A DNA stretch of 63,271 bases, the filler included, from Octopus bimaculoides (lineage: Eukaryota), in the NCBI RefSeq assembly GCF_001194135.2. It is 8 parts of 7 records of this genome, joined end to end, with 100 filler letters (N's around TTAATTAATTAA, not from the genome) between each part and the next. Parts side by side here need not be neighbours in the genome. Positions count along the whole stretch, not along the records: positions 30,069 to 46,795 come from NC_068997.1; positions 46,896 to 55,187 come from NC_068997.1; 6 more parts are not named here. One strand, 5' to 3'. Position 1 is the stretch's first letter; every line of letters starts with the position of its first letter. Shown here piece after piece: positions 39,140-52,190 of the stretch. The position numbers and the translations under genes were made by a program. The notes beneath the pieces were generated by a model that saw only the letters and a program-made list of their open reading frames with translations, was not told the origin of the DNA and searched no databases.

Positions 39140-39302
39140 GGTTAATTTGATTACATCCTCCCGAGTGTTTGGCTGGTACGTATTTATCGACCCCGAAAGG
39201 TGAAGTCGACCTCGGCGGAATTTGAACTCAGAATGTACAGGCGGTCGAAACGCGGCTAGATATTTTGTCAAGCGTTCTAACGGTTCAGCCAGTTTGCCGG
39301 CC
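39140..39302 (-). mobile_element. SINE family B
   Basis: ctggtacgtatttatcgaccccgaaagg...gtcgacctcggcggaatttgaactcagaa. Confidence 0.8.
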
Positions 39303-39639
39303 ACTTCTGATTCTAATATTGGCTATATATTCATTTCCTATGGAAGGTGATGTGGTTCCATGTGTAATATTTATGATTGAGCAATTAGGAATAATGTAAA
39401 TCGTTCTTAATTGTAGTAAGAATTTTGTAAATGTACATAGCATTTGATTTACTTTATGTCTGTATAGTCCATTGTATTTCATTTTAAACAATTCTCCAAA
39501 AGAATGAATTGATTGGGTACTAAATTACTTCAATATAAAACGTCGAAAGGAATTCAAATGTATTTTCAGTGTATTCGCATTTCGGTGCATGCTCGGGAGA
39601 GCAATTTAGACATTTTCTCAGAATATACTGTTAATGTGT

Positions 39640-40171
39640 ATGTGTGTGTGTGTGTGCGTGTATGTGCGTGTGTGTGCGTGCTTGTATGTGTGTGTGCTTG
39701 TGAGGGATAGAGAAACAGAGAGAGATAACAAACGTGTGCATGTGTATGTAGGAGACAGAGAGATATGTGTTTATGTGTGTGAAAGAGAGGGGATGTATGT
39801 GTGTGTAGGACAGAGAGAGAGGGAGAGGGAGAGAGAGAGAGAGAGAGAGAGAGGATGTGTATTTGTGTAATCCACTCACAGGGCTTTAGTCAGCCCGAGG
39901 CTATATTAGAAGACAGTTGTCCAAAGTGCCACGCAGTGTAACTGAACCCGGAGCCATGTGGTTGAGAAGCAAGTTTCTTACCACACAGACATTTCTGCGG
40001 CTATATATATNNNNNNNNNNNNNNNNNNNNNNNNNNNNNNNNNNNNNNNNNNNNNNNNNNNNNNNNNNNNNNNNNNNNNNNNNNNNNNNNNNNNNNNNNN
40101 NNNNNNNNNNNNNNNNNNNNNNNNNNNNNNNNNNNNNNNNNNNNNNNNNNNNNNNNNNNNNNNNNNNNNNN

Positions 40172-40204
<33 letters not shown>

Positions 40205-41000
40205 ATGTGTGTGTGTGTGTTTGTGCGATTTCGGATGTGTGTATATATGTATGTGCGTGTGACTTGGTGTGAAAGTGCATGTATGAGTGTCCGAGTGTAT
40301 GTATGTGTGTGTGTTATGTGTGTGTTCGTGTGTGCGTGTGTATGTACGTGTGAGTGAGCGTGGAAGTACGTATGCGTGTGCATGTATGTGTGTGTTGTGT
40401 TTGTGTATGCTGTGTTTGTGTATGTGGTATGCATGTGTGCGTTTGTGTGTGTATGTGCGAATGTGTATGTGTGTGCGCGCGCACGTGAGTGCGTGTGTGT
40501 GTGTATGTGTGTGCGCGTGTATGTACGTGTGTATATGTGTGTGCGCGTGTATGTATGTGTGTGTGTGCATGTGTATACACATATGTGTCTGTGTTGCGTG
40601 TGTGTATGGTGTGTGGGAGATATATGTATTTGTGCGTGTGCGTATGTGTGTGTGCGTGTATGTATGTTTGTGCATGTATGAGTGTGTGTGTGTGCGTGTG
40701 TATATAAAAATAAAATGAAATAGAGAAAAAATATTACAGAAAAAATGGAGAAAAAATACGAGATAAAAAATTAAAAATACAAAATAATAAATAAGAAATA
40801 AAAGATACAAGATAAAAAATAAAGAATGAAAGGAAAAAGAAATTAATACAATGATAAAAAATGGTGAAAAAGAACTTCAGGTAAAAGGAGATAATATATA
40901 GATGAAATAAAAGGATCAAAATAAACAATTACGACGGAAAAGACGACAAAAAATCGATAATAAATGGAAAGGTATAAAAAAGTGAGTGAATATAAGATAG
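39640..41000. repeat. Low-complexity block: degenerate (GT)/(GA)/(TA) repeats followed by an A-rich purine tract; includes a SINE A head on minus at ~39870-40000
   Basis: Direct reading; source of the many HT/CV pseudo-ORFs. Confidence 0.9.
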
Positions 41001-41029
41001 GATAAAATGTTATGTTTTAAGGAAGGTGT

Positions 41030-41225
41030 AGAGAAGTCATTGAGAGGAGGCAGTTGTGTTGAGTTCGAATGGAGTTTGTGTTTGTCGACTGAAAATGTAA
41101 CGCTGCTCCAGGCGGAGTCGAGAGTCGGTGGATCCATGGTGTAGGGAAAGGCCGAAGGCAATGATATTTGAGGTGGAGTGGTTGGCTAAGCGAAAATGAC
41201 GGGTGACGTCTGTATAGCAGACCAA
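41030..41225 (-). mobile_element. Penelope-like element GIY-YIG endonuclease C-terminal fragment
   Basis: VTRHFRLANHSTSNIIAFGLSLHHGSTDSRLRLEQRYIFSRQTQTPFELN resembles PVARHFNSxNHS...GL....RxxxEQxxIFxLxTLxPxGLN. Confidence 0.75.
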
Positions 41226-43589
41226 AATATTTGAAATAATGGATGGTGCATGTTGTGGGGTGTTTGTTTATGAATGTTAGGCATCTAAACTTTCGATATC
41301 ATAAACGTTTGTGTATACGATTTATTTCATTAAGCTTGCATAGTAGTTTACTGAGAAAGTTATTGAAAATTAAAATTGTGCCAGGAAACTAAGACCAGTG
41401 TGAATACGTGTAGTATTTAATAATCAGCCTATTAAACAAAGTGCCAATATTCTTTGCAGAGCTGTTCGTTTCTTTGCTGATATTCCATCATACACAACCA
41501 ACGTTAGTTATGGCTGTTACTTATTAAAGGGGCGTACTAGCCTGGACCACAAACTCTTGCTTGAACCGGATATCGCACGTTTCTGCAAACACCTCACTTA
41601 TCCTACGCCATGAGGAAGATACTAACAACGATATTGACATTTGATCATTGCATGCATGCTTGATACATCGACCATTGCAACAACAATAACTTTTAATACC
41701 ATCCTCCTTGTTATTTATTGTTCTAAGAAGGTACTGAGCATAACATTAGCTATAATGTATTGAACATATATAGAACTACATTCATATTTCAGACGGAACA
41801 GATTTACATTCCGTTCGTCCAGCATTATTTGAGACGACCGGAAACAGGCTGCACACCAAAGTATCATTCTCATAGACAAGAACTATATGTTTGTGCATGC
41901 GCGCTCGTGCGTACGTGTGTATATGTGTGTTTGTGTATATATGCATGTAAATATATTTATACTGGTGTATGTAGACACACTTATACGTTACCTTTCATTA
42001 TCTGCTCGTGAAGTTACCCTTTCATAAAAGAGATCGATAAAGTAATTATAATTAATCAATTATTCATCTTTGCTATAGAGATGTTCTCTTTAATTGAGGA
42101 GCCAATGTTACCAGCCCTGATACCTTTGAATGATGACCCAAATATTAGGATGTAACCTTTCAGTAAAATCATGGAATATAGCCTTTAAACTTTTGAATCA
42201 CAGACGGTTGAGTATTGGAATCAATCATATGTAAATTTTAGTAATGCTTCTGCATATTCTTATTCCGAATGCAGCTGAGGATGACCTATCATTCAAGATT
42301 TCTGAAGTGAATAGGAAACGCAATTAATTATATTCTATTAATTGTATCCATTTTATACCAATGTGTTGTATTGCATTAATATATGGAACGGTACAATACT
42401 CACCTCCTAAGAAATGGTTTGATTTATGTAACTTCAATCGTGGAAAATTTTGCAAAACAATATATAGGATTGAACGCAGAAGAGTTATCTAGATCAAAAC
42501 ATTACTGATTTTTTTGGACAAGAATTTTAGAATACTTGTTTTGCTTTAACTAGAAATAACTTAAAATCTTGACTAAAGTTTTTGAGAAGCATTTCAAAAT
42601 GTTTGAGCGTCGACTAGAAGCCAGTCAAGTTTTCATGAACGTCAAGTCAGCTTTAAGTTAAAAGATGAGTGTAGCAAGAAATAACCATCTCTTTTCGGTG
42701 GGGGGAAAATGTTGTGGTACAACAAAACGAATAATAATAGATAGAAAATTCTAAAAATATTTGTTCATATATAGCATGAATGAAAATTTGTGCATTGCAA
42801 ATGGGACCTAGCATTTGGCAAACTACTTTTTCTTAATTCTCTTCGTTTTTGTGCCAACCAATCTTCCATGCGAATTTTTGGTTCGTGACATATTGATACA
42901 TTTTATTAATTTTGTCGCGACACCGATTTACTATATACATACTTATGGTTCTAATAATAGACTGTACATTATGTTTGATTATTACAATCAGATAGAAAGC
43001 GGATTTGTTCCGTTTCTGCAGACTGTCTATATTTATTTGCAGCGCTTGCGTGTTGCTATAATTAGTAAATAACATATTTTACTGAAAATGAAATTGCTTG
43101 TCGTATTTACAATAAGAAAAAACACCAGAAAAATGTAATTTTCTATCATATATTTTTGTTCTACAAGGAATAATAGAGTTATCCTAACTTTTAATTTCGG
43201 ATATTTTTCTCGAACCTAGCTTCGTGTATATGTAATTGAAACAACTACGCGTTAGTTCGATGCACCCTATTCTTCTACTACCATTTGGAGTTCAGAATTT
43301 GGATTCGACCTAATTCATTGCATCTAGAAATAAATAGGTACAATACGCAGAACATGATTACTTTGTAATACAATATTCATTCATCTCCATAAGTATTTGA
43401 TTGATGGCGATGAAGTGAATAGAATGTCTCGTTGTTATCGTTGTTTAGCCTCACGTCAGCTTCTCTACATAACGCGAATGATGAACTGTATTCCAGCCAC
43501 AGTCATATAATCCTAAGTTTAGTTCTAGTAAATCGTGGTCTACATTACAAAATCCGTTGTTTCAAGACGCCTTCCACACAGATTGTGTG

Positions 43590-43815
43590 AACATTGTTCG
43601 AAAACAGTTGTTCGAAAACAAATATTCGAAAATCATTTGTTCGAATGGAAAATTGTATGAATATAAATTATTCAAAAGGACAATTATACGAAATCTTAAT
43701 TATTCTAATTTTTAACAAATTTTATTTAAATATAAATGATGAAATTAAAAATCAAGCACACAAATGATATTTATTTCAAATAACTGTTTTTCGCATAACT
43801 GTTTTCGAATATTAA
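43590..43815. mobile_element. MITE/foldback-like element with subterminal ~15-bp TTCGAA unit arrays
   Basis: About 7 direct units (cagttgttcgaaaa-like) at 43594-43695 and about 3 inverted units (tttcgcataactg-like) at 43775-43812. Confidence 0.5.
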
Positions 43816-44253
43816 TAGTTATCGCCAAGCTAACATGGCAGTCGTTCTTTGTCGAAGAAAGTCGTTCTTAAGGGAAATGAATGGAACAGTATTATTTAAT
43901 ATTAGAATTTTCTTTTAAAACTGTAGGGAATTTAGTACTATTCAGTATTTTTCATGTTCTTTTCTAGCAACTTGTTTCATTCTCACATATATCAATTTTA
44001 ACGCCGTCACTAAGCCAAAATATCTATTCCGGATATAATTTTTTTTTGTCATGCATAAAAGCAAAGTCAAAACACATTTTTGTTGCGAGGAAACAGTGTA
44101 CACATTCCAAATGGAACATATTAACTTAACTACAATAAATGGATAAATAATTAAATATCTATCTATTTATATTTATCTCCCTCTCTCTCTTTCTCTCTCT
44201 CTCTTTCTCTCTCTCTCTTTCGCTCTCTCTCTGTGTCTCTCTTGTTATATTTA

Positions 44254-44298
<45 letters not shown>

Positions 44299-46752
44299 NN
44301 NNNNNNNNGAGAGAGAGAGAGACAGAGAGAGACAGAGAGAGACAGAGAGTGAGAGAGATAAATTATACAAGTATGAAGCGTACTCATGATATGATTCAAA
44401 CCAGATACATACCTCTAGATTCGAACCAAAAGATACTCTAAATGTAGTCAATATATGTATACATACATGCACAAAATGTTCTTCACACACGTATATCGCA
44501 CATAGATGCTCATATATATACATATATAGGTGCTCATACATGTGTATGTATATAAATATATATAACAATAAAACACTGGCTTTTACTAATTCCAAATAAA
44601 TATATAAATACATACGATATGATGCGTAATTAATAAAGTTTATACCAGTCTATCATTATTTACCATCACTGAAATATGGGTGAAGTGAATGAATATAAAT
44701 GAAAATATTGTCAGTGTGTCACATGAATTATTACCTCATTACTTCAATAGAGAACTGAAATATTATACAAAAGGTACTACACTGGTAATCTTCGAACATA
44801 ATAACAGATTGCCACATTACATACATTACAAAGACAGACTAATTGCAAACTTTAATAATTGACAACGGAATTACTATGATACACCAAATTAAATTCTTCT
44901 CTGTTTGAATTAATTTACAGTTATTACTGACATACCAAAATTTCTCCTGATTTGTAAGATATTGATTATTTTTTATACCTGAAGAAGTTGGTGTAAGCGA
45001 AGGAGAAGAAGGTCTAAGGTTGTAAATTATGAAAACATTACGATTCTTGTACAGAGTTTTAACTTTGCTACCAAAGCATAATCTTATTTAACTCCAGGTA
45101 GTTCAAATTTTCACAACGAAAAAAGTAGTCTCTAACTTTTAACATGTGATGATAATTATTTTATTACTAAAGACAATAGAACTTCATAAATGAGATCGGT
45201 GAAAAAATATTTCAACCTTTACTCAGGAATATCTCTAATTTCCTTTGATATTTACCCCGGGAAGAAACTATTGTTGACAGCTACTACTAAGCACTCATGC
45301 TCGTATAGTGTTCATTGCTGTCGAAAATTGCCCTGAATTGCAAATCTGTCAGTGTCTGAAATTTCTTTCTTACGTAGTCGATAATATTAATATATAAGTA
45401 ATATGCTGAGATTAATTCAACTGAAAATATTATCTAGCTATCCAATTTGAACTTTTGCCAGTGTGAATAAATCAATGTATGTGATATATGAAACACGTAC
45501 GCGTCATATTTGCTCAGTAATAAGAGAGCCAACTTCTGGAATGAACCTGAAAATTGTCCTATTCAGGTACAATGTATATCCTTTGCAGTAATTACTAAAC
45601 TCTTTTAACAAAAACGAAATCATTATCAAATGCAGCGCTGCCTATTCATATAGGAAATGTCTTTATGCTAAAGTATTTGAGATTTAAGGAACTAAACTCA
45701 TACAAAGAATGGTGTAAAAAAGAGTTTAAGCGCCCAGTCATTAAATAAATCTGTAAAATATATGTAACTTATATGTGGACGAGTTTCTTCGGGAAAGGTG
45801 CGCAGCCAGTATTCAAAATGAGTTTTCTATGGAAATGAGTTTACGACATTACATTATCAGAAGATATACTATGACCTCCAGAGGAATAAACCATATTGAT
45901 TTAAATGATGCCAGGAAAGTCAAAATCTGTTGTAACGATCGAAAGAGAATAGAGGAAATTAGTTAGCTCGATATTCGACCTTTACTCTCAGCTATGCACA
46001 CCAAGACACTATGAAATGTATTATTTATTAGCCAAACATTTCCTATGTGTAAGGAGGAACTAATTCATTACACAGTGATACGTGAGTATTCAATTTATAT
46101 GCAACCTAGCAGAAGTATATTGCATCACAAGTGTAAACGTCATGTTGCAGGAAAATGAAATTTATAACAAACTGACTACAAAAAGTTTCCATTTGTTTCT
46201 AAACTTCTGTTCGGACGTTTAAGATGCATTGAAAATAAGCCAAATAAACTCCTTAAATAATTTCTGGTGTACATTTGGCTTCCGTACAAATATTCTAGCT
46301 CTATTTTGATTTTGGATTTCATTAGAGTTAACACGACTGGATAGAGACAATGTGAGGGCTTTTTGCCAGAAAGTCAGAAAACGAAAGAATCTCAATTTAA
46401 TTTACTTCAACTAAGAGTAGGTGGTGTACAAACATTCCTTTTTATCTTTTTTTTCTCTCTTAGGAAATATATGGTGGTATCGATTGAAAGCATATGCCTG
46501 TTATATAAACGACACGTACGAATTTCGATTTCGAAGACTTCTCAGTGAGACACAAAAAAAGTTTCTATATAACCAGTTCGAACACACAGATATGATTTTG
46601 TGAATATATATATACGTATGTATGCAATCAAACAACCAATACAAACAGGTAAATATATATACATATGCCTGGCCTTGATTCGTTTAATGAAAACGCCTCA
46701 CGGCGGCATCCCGGCATGCCTGAACTCCACTGAGTGAAGGAAGTACACGATA

Positions 46753-46795
<43 letters not shown>

Positions 46796-46923
46796 NNNNN
46801 NNNNNNNNNNNNNNNNNNNNNNNNNNNNNNNNNNNNNNNTTAATTAATTAANNNNNNNNNNNNNNNNNNNNNNNNNNNNNNNNNNNNNNNNNNNNTTATT
46901 ATCATTATTATTATTATTATTAT

Positions 46924-47102
46924 TACCTCCGCCTTCACTAAGGCGGAGGTATTGTTTTCAGTCGCGTTTGTTGGTTTGTTTGCTTGTCCGTGGACAAGAT
47001 ATCTCAAGAAACGCTGGATGGATTCGGATGAAACTTTCAGGGTTGTTTAGCCTCGTGACTGGCACAAACTGATCAGATTTGGGGATTGATCCAGTACCAG
47101 AC
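46924..47102 (+). mobile_element. HINE/DINE-1-like (Helentron-associated) non-autonomous element, 5' part
   Basis: Perfect 12-bp-stem hairpin TACCTCCGCCTT-CACT-AAGGCGGAGGTA (46924-46951), then GTTT repeats and gatatctcaagaaacgctggatggattcggatgaaacttt, typical of HINE core sequences. Confidence 0.7.
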
Positions 47103-47169
47103 AATCGTTGAGAAGACATTATTGTTGCCATGGTGGAGGGTTCTTGCTTATTAATGTTTTAATATTGAT

Positions 47170-47762
47170 CTCAAGTTCTGACACAAGGCCAACAATTTCG
47201 ATTGAGGGGATAAGTCGATTACATCGACCCAAGTGTTCAAACGGTACTTATTTTATCGATCCCGTTAGAAAGAAGGGCATAGTTGACCTCGGCGGAATTT
47301 GAACTCAGAACGTGAAAACAGACGAAATGCCGCTAACGATTTTACCTGCTCACTGCCTTATTGGAACTAAAATGTTAGCTTCAAGTTTTGGCACAGGGTC
47401 AGCAACTTCGGAGAAGGGGTCAAATTGATTACATCGACCCTTGTGCTCAACTAATACTTATTTTATTGATCGCGAAAGTGATGAAAGGCAAAGTCTACCT
47501 AGGTAGAATTTGAACTCAGAACGTAATGACAGACGAAATGCTGCTATAAAACGCCGCTTAGCATTTTGCCCGGCATTCTAACGATTCTGCCAACTCGCTG
47601 CTTTAGATGTACATAATATTCTCTTCTACTCTAGGCACAAGGCCCGAAATTTTGGGGGAGGGAGCCAGTCGATTAGATCGACCCAGTACGCAACTGGTAC
47701 TTAATTTATCGACCCCGAAAGGATGAAAGGCAAAGTTGACCTCGACGGAACTTGAACTCAGA
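47170..47762 (-). mobile_element. Three tandem SINE family B copies
   Basis: Core repeated at ~47170-47360, 47380-47605 and 47620-47762. Confidence 0.87.
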
Positions 47763-47903
47763 TGGACTTAATATTGATATATTAATTCCTCGCCATATCG
47801 CGGTTTATTATTTAAGCTTATGTCGATTCCACCGTGGTGTTGTTTTGCATTTACAATAAAATAAATATATACAAATTATAAAAATAGTAAAAAATATATA
47901 TAT

Positions 47904-48081
47904 AGGTGCAGGAGTGGCTGTGTGGTAAGTAGCTTGCTTACCAACCACATGGTTCTGGGCTCAGTCCCACTGCGTGGCACCTTGGGCAAGTCAGTGTCTT
48001 CTACTATAGCCTAGGGCCGACCAAAGCCTTGTGAGTGGATTTGGTAGACGGAAACTGAAAGAAGCCCGTCGTATATATGTG

Positions 48082-48122
<41 letters not shown>

Positions 48123-48404
48123 NNNNNNNNNNNNNNNNNNNNNNNNNNNNNNNNNNNNNNNNNNNNNNNNNNNNNNNNNNNNNNNNNNNNNNNNNNNNNN
48201 NTGTGTTTGTCCCCCCACCATCGCTTGACAACCGATGCTGGTGTGTTTACGTCCCCGTAATTTAGCGGTTGGGCAAAAAGAGACCGATAGAATAAGTACT
48301 TGGCTTACAAAGAATAAGTCCTGGGGTCGATTTTCTCGACTAAAGGCGGTGCTCCAGCATGGCCGCAGTCAAATGACTGAAACAAGTAAAAGAGTAAAAG
48401 AGTA
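47904..48404 (+). mobile_element. SINE family A, full length (gap in the internal microsatellite)
   Basis: aggtgcaggagtggctgtgtggtaagtagc...gggctcagtccc...gactgaaacaagtaaaagagtaaaagag. Confidence 0.92.
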
Positions 48405-48651
48405 ATACAGTACAGCACTGTTTCTACTTCGCAGATTTTCGCCTATCGCGGGGGCTTTTGCAGCGTAACACCTGCGATAGTCAAGGGATTACTGTACACA
48501 GAAACACATACTGATAAAAGAAAAAAAAAACAAGCATGTTGGTAATTTATTGGTAGTAATTACTTTTTTAATATCAAAAATAGCAAAATTTCATATTCAA
48601 ACTCTTCATAATAGAAATAACATGATCGTTTTAATGTACACTTTAATGTAC

Positions 48652-48901
48652 GAGAGCTGAACATAAAGGTTATCCCTATTGTCATCAATACCACCCAATT
48701 TGAAAAGAAACATCTGAAAACCTTAGAAATACCTACAATCTAGGTGTATTGCAAAAGTCGGCATTACTTGGAACTGCACGAATATTGCGTAAAGTACTGT
48801 CAGTCTGAGGTCCTTGTTGTGACTTGACAAACAGTACAAACCCCCGGTAGACACAATATCTTCAATCAACAACCTCATGATATTGTATACTGTGCAACGT
48901 C

Positions 48902-48948
<47 letters not shown>
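48652..48948 (+). mobile_element. 5'-truncated R4/Dong-like LINE 3' end with (TAA)n tail, second subfamily
   Basis: ELNIKVIPIVI...LGVLQKSALLGTARILRKVLSV* followed by a 3' UTR and about 14 TAA units. Confidence 0.85.
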
Positions 48949-48949
<1 letters not shown>

Positions 48950-49382
48950 CCTTTCTACTAAAGGTACATGGCCTGAAATTTTGGGGGAGGGGACTGGTGG
49001 GTTATATCGACCCCAGNNNNNNNNNNNNNNNNNNNNNNNNNNNNNNNNNNNNNNNNNNNNNNNNNNNNNNNNNNNNNNNNNNNNNNNNNNNNNNNNNNNN
49101 NNNNNNNNNNACTGCTAAGCACTTCGCCTGGTGTCCTAATGGTTCTGCCAGCTCGCCGCCTTTCATGATTTCAACTTTTAGCACAAGGCCAGAAATTTCG
49201 GGGGGAGGAGGTAAGTTTACTGCATCGACCCCAGTACTCGACTGGTACTTATTTTATCAGCCCTGAAGTGATGAAAGGCAAAGTCAACCATGGCGGAATT
49301 TGAACTCAGGACATAAAGATGGATTAAATGCCACTAAGCGTTTAGCCTGGTATAGTGACGGTTCTGCCATCTCACCACCTTT
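48950..49382 (-). mobile_element. Two tandem SINE family B copies immediately 3' of the LINS1 stop
   Basis: Core at ~48950-49160 (gapped) and ~49170-49382. Confidence 0.85.
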
Positions 49383-49385
49383 ACT

Positions 49386-49474
<89 letters not shown>

Positions 49475-49479
49475 TCCTA

Positions 49480-50533
49480 TCAAGATTCATACAAACATAT
49501 ACATTGCTGTAAGGCCTGGATCAGTTTTTCTGGGTTATATGGAAACATTCCTGATCTGTTTAACCTTTCTAGAGAAAATTGTAGTCGAATAAGACACCCT
49601 AGCGTTTGATCAAGGGTATTTGACACAAAACATGAGAATTTAGAACAAGCATCGTTTTGTTTCTGGCAAGGTTTCAGTGAATTGCTATCATCAGTATGTG
49701 ACACTGTATCTGGATCTATTCGATCCTCTGTTCTGTTGATATTTTCAATTCCATTGCCATTACTAGACTTTTGTACACTGGTATGCATGTCAGTCAGTGG
49801 TTTTAATATGGCAGTGGAAGGATAGTGTTCTTTAATTATATTGTGCTGACTTTCATGAAAAACTTCTGGTAGTGAAAAGTCATCAATATTTTGAATAGAT
49901 GAGTCAGCACAGGAATCAGAAATATTATCACAAACTGGAAGTGAGCTACCAATTGAAGTATAGCCATTAGAGCTATTGTTCTCTGAAACTGATTCTTCTT
50001 CACTGTCTGAATACATCTGTATCCATGACAACCCAATGCTTGGTTTGTATTCCTTCATTTTCTCAGTTTCCCCTTCATTTGATTGTTTGCAAGTTAATAA
50101 TGATCCTTCATTAAAATCACTTCGGCTTTCATGAACATCTGATGCACTGCTGTGCAAAGAGATTTGAGATTTCTCTCTGCTTATTTTCATCTCATATGAA
50201 GCACTGTCCGTTGAATCAGAACACACATACACATTCTGCTGTGGCTCATCTTTTGAACTTTGAGCTTGGCTATTGTCTGTGGGATTTTGATAATTGTTTC
50301 TGTTGCATTCAGCAACATAACTATATTCCTTATGCAACTGCACAACCAAATACCATTCTTGTGAGACTAATTTTAGATATTTAAGAAAATATAAGAGGAA
50401 GTAAGTCTCTGGAGAGGTGAGAAGATCCAACAACACACTATGGTCAAAGGCCATTGACTTCAGCAGCTGAATAAATAGTTTATGTGGGTTGAGAAGGTCT
50501 ATCAGCTTATATGCTTGTGATTGTTCTTCATAC
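49480..50533 (-). CDS. LINS1: Protein Lines homolog, last coding exon (Lines C-terminal region)
   Basis: NPHKLFIQLLKSMAFDHSVLLDLLTSPETYFLLYFLKYLK and LGCLIRLQFSLERLNRSGMFPYNPEKLIQAL match the Lines motifs NPH..F......FDHSVLLDFLISxET.FL.Y and CL..L...I.RL....LFPYNP..LL. Acceptor gttgtag|G at 50534/50533; TGA at 49480-82. Confidence 0.92.
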
Positions 50534-51209
50534 CTACAACAGTAAACAGAAAACATATATATATATATATATACATATATTAAACACCAAATATCTTAAT
50601 GTATTTTGGAGGTTTTTTGTCTTTGATTTTTCTAATTTATTTTTGTATAACTAACCTCATATATTTTCATGATTTCCGCAAAAAATTTTTTTATCTGCCT
50701 CGTTGCTTTTTTATTTTATTTAAATTCTATTTCATCTCTCCAAACAGTAGCAATATTCTATTATGTTAGGTTATATTTTACAGTGTTAAATTATATTTTA
50801 TTATATTTTACAATATTTTATGTTATTCCTCATTTTCTGTTAGTCAAGAATATTCTTAAAAAAAAAAAAAAAAAAAAAACATTAACTTTTTCATTATCTA
50901 GGCATAAATCATTATTTTCATTTTGTTTTACATACTATTTTTCAGTTTTTATGGCTTAGGTTCTTTTTCTCTTTTAATTAACATAGAATAATAACATATA
51001 AGCTTTTATAAGCAAATGTGTTTCTGCTTGAGCTGGTGCTTTTTTAGATTTTAATAAGTACCCTTCAGCTACATTCATCATTTGGGGAGAGAGATAGATA
51101 AATAAATCCGTACAAATTGTTAAATAACAATAAAAATAATTCCTTCAAGCATCTCTGCAAGCTCTCCAAATAAAGGACTGGGTGAGTTTAATTTCACAGT
51201 GAAACTAAT

Positions 51210-51385
51210 TACACCTTTTTTTAATATTTGTTTCAGTCATTGGACTGTGCCCATGTGGGAGCACTGCCTTAATGTGTTTAGTTGAACAAATCAACCCCAG
51301 TACTTACTTTTATTTCAAAGTTCTATCAGTCTTTTTTGTTAAGTTACAGGAATGTAAACAAACCAACACAAGTCGTCAAACAATG
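51210..51385 (-). mobile_element. SINE family A 3' half, diverged
   Basis: tttcagtcattggactgtgcccatg...aatcaaccccagtactta is the reverse complement of the family A tail. Confidence 0.7.
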
Positions 51386-51410
51386 GAGGAAAGGAAGAAC
51401 ACAATATATA

Positions 51411-52030
51411 GGAGTGGCTATAAGTGCAAGAGTGGCTGTAGGCACAGGAGTGGCTATAGGTGCAGGAGTGGCTNNNNNNNNNNGGCTATAGGCACAGCAG
51501 TGGCTATGTGGTAAGTAGCTTGCTTACCAACCATATGGTTCTGGGTTCAGTCCCACTGCATGGCACCTTGGGCAAGTGTCTTCTACTATAGCTTTGGGCT
51601 AACTAAAGCCTTGTGAGTGGTTGGCGTTAGGAAACCAAAGCCTCTCAGAGTGGTTGGCGTTAGGAAAGGCATCCAGCTGGAGAAACATTACCAGATCAAA
51701 TTGGAGCTTGGTGTAGCCGTTGGCCCTCCAGACCTCAGTCAAACCGTCCAACCCATGCCAGCATGGAAAACAGACGTTAAACAATGATCACATTAATGGC
51801 ACTCATGCCAATGCCATGAAGTGGTACCCATGTTGGTGCCATGTAAAAGCATCTGTGTTGGTGCCACATAAAGAGCACGCAGCACACTCTTTAAAATGGT
51901 TGGCATTAGGAAAGACATCCAGCCATAGAAACCAAGTCAAATCAGACAGGAAACTAGTGCAGCTCTTCTGCTTGCCAGCTCTGGTCAAACCTTCAAACCC
52001 ATGCCAGCAAGGAAAACAGGCATTAAATGA
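51411..52030 (+). mobile_element. Composite: 18-bp tandem array of SINE A head, SINE A 5' half, then two RTE-tail-type repeats
   Basis: At least 5 units of ggagtggctataggtgca; gagtggttggcgttaggaa..ggcatccagc...aacccatgccagcatggaaaa occurs twice. Confidence 0.75.
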
Positions 52031-52190
52031 TGATAAGGAGGATAGACATGCAAGAAGTGAATAGACACCTTTAATTTTCAAAATTTCTGATCTAAGCGTC
52101 TTAATATGGTTTCAGCGGTGTAGAATTTACAATGTAATTATTATTATTCATTCCAGGTGCCATTATATTAAACATTTGAGAAGAGTAACC

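Noticed and set aside
39631-40810. Many long HT/CV-rich ORFs (also at 55200-55850 and 57900-59330)
   Set aside because: Dinucleotide microsatellite translations; ORFs spanning N gaps are also artefacts.
41400-41720. Minus-strand frames with CCCNGRC..CN and RRMVLKVIVVAM, suggesting a Ly6/receptor or GPCR remnant
   Set aside because: The motifs are short, in different frames, interrupted by stops and lack splice support; not distinguishable from chance.
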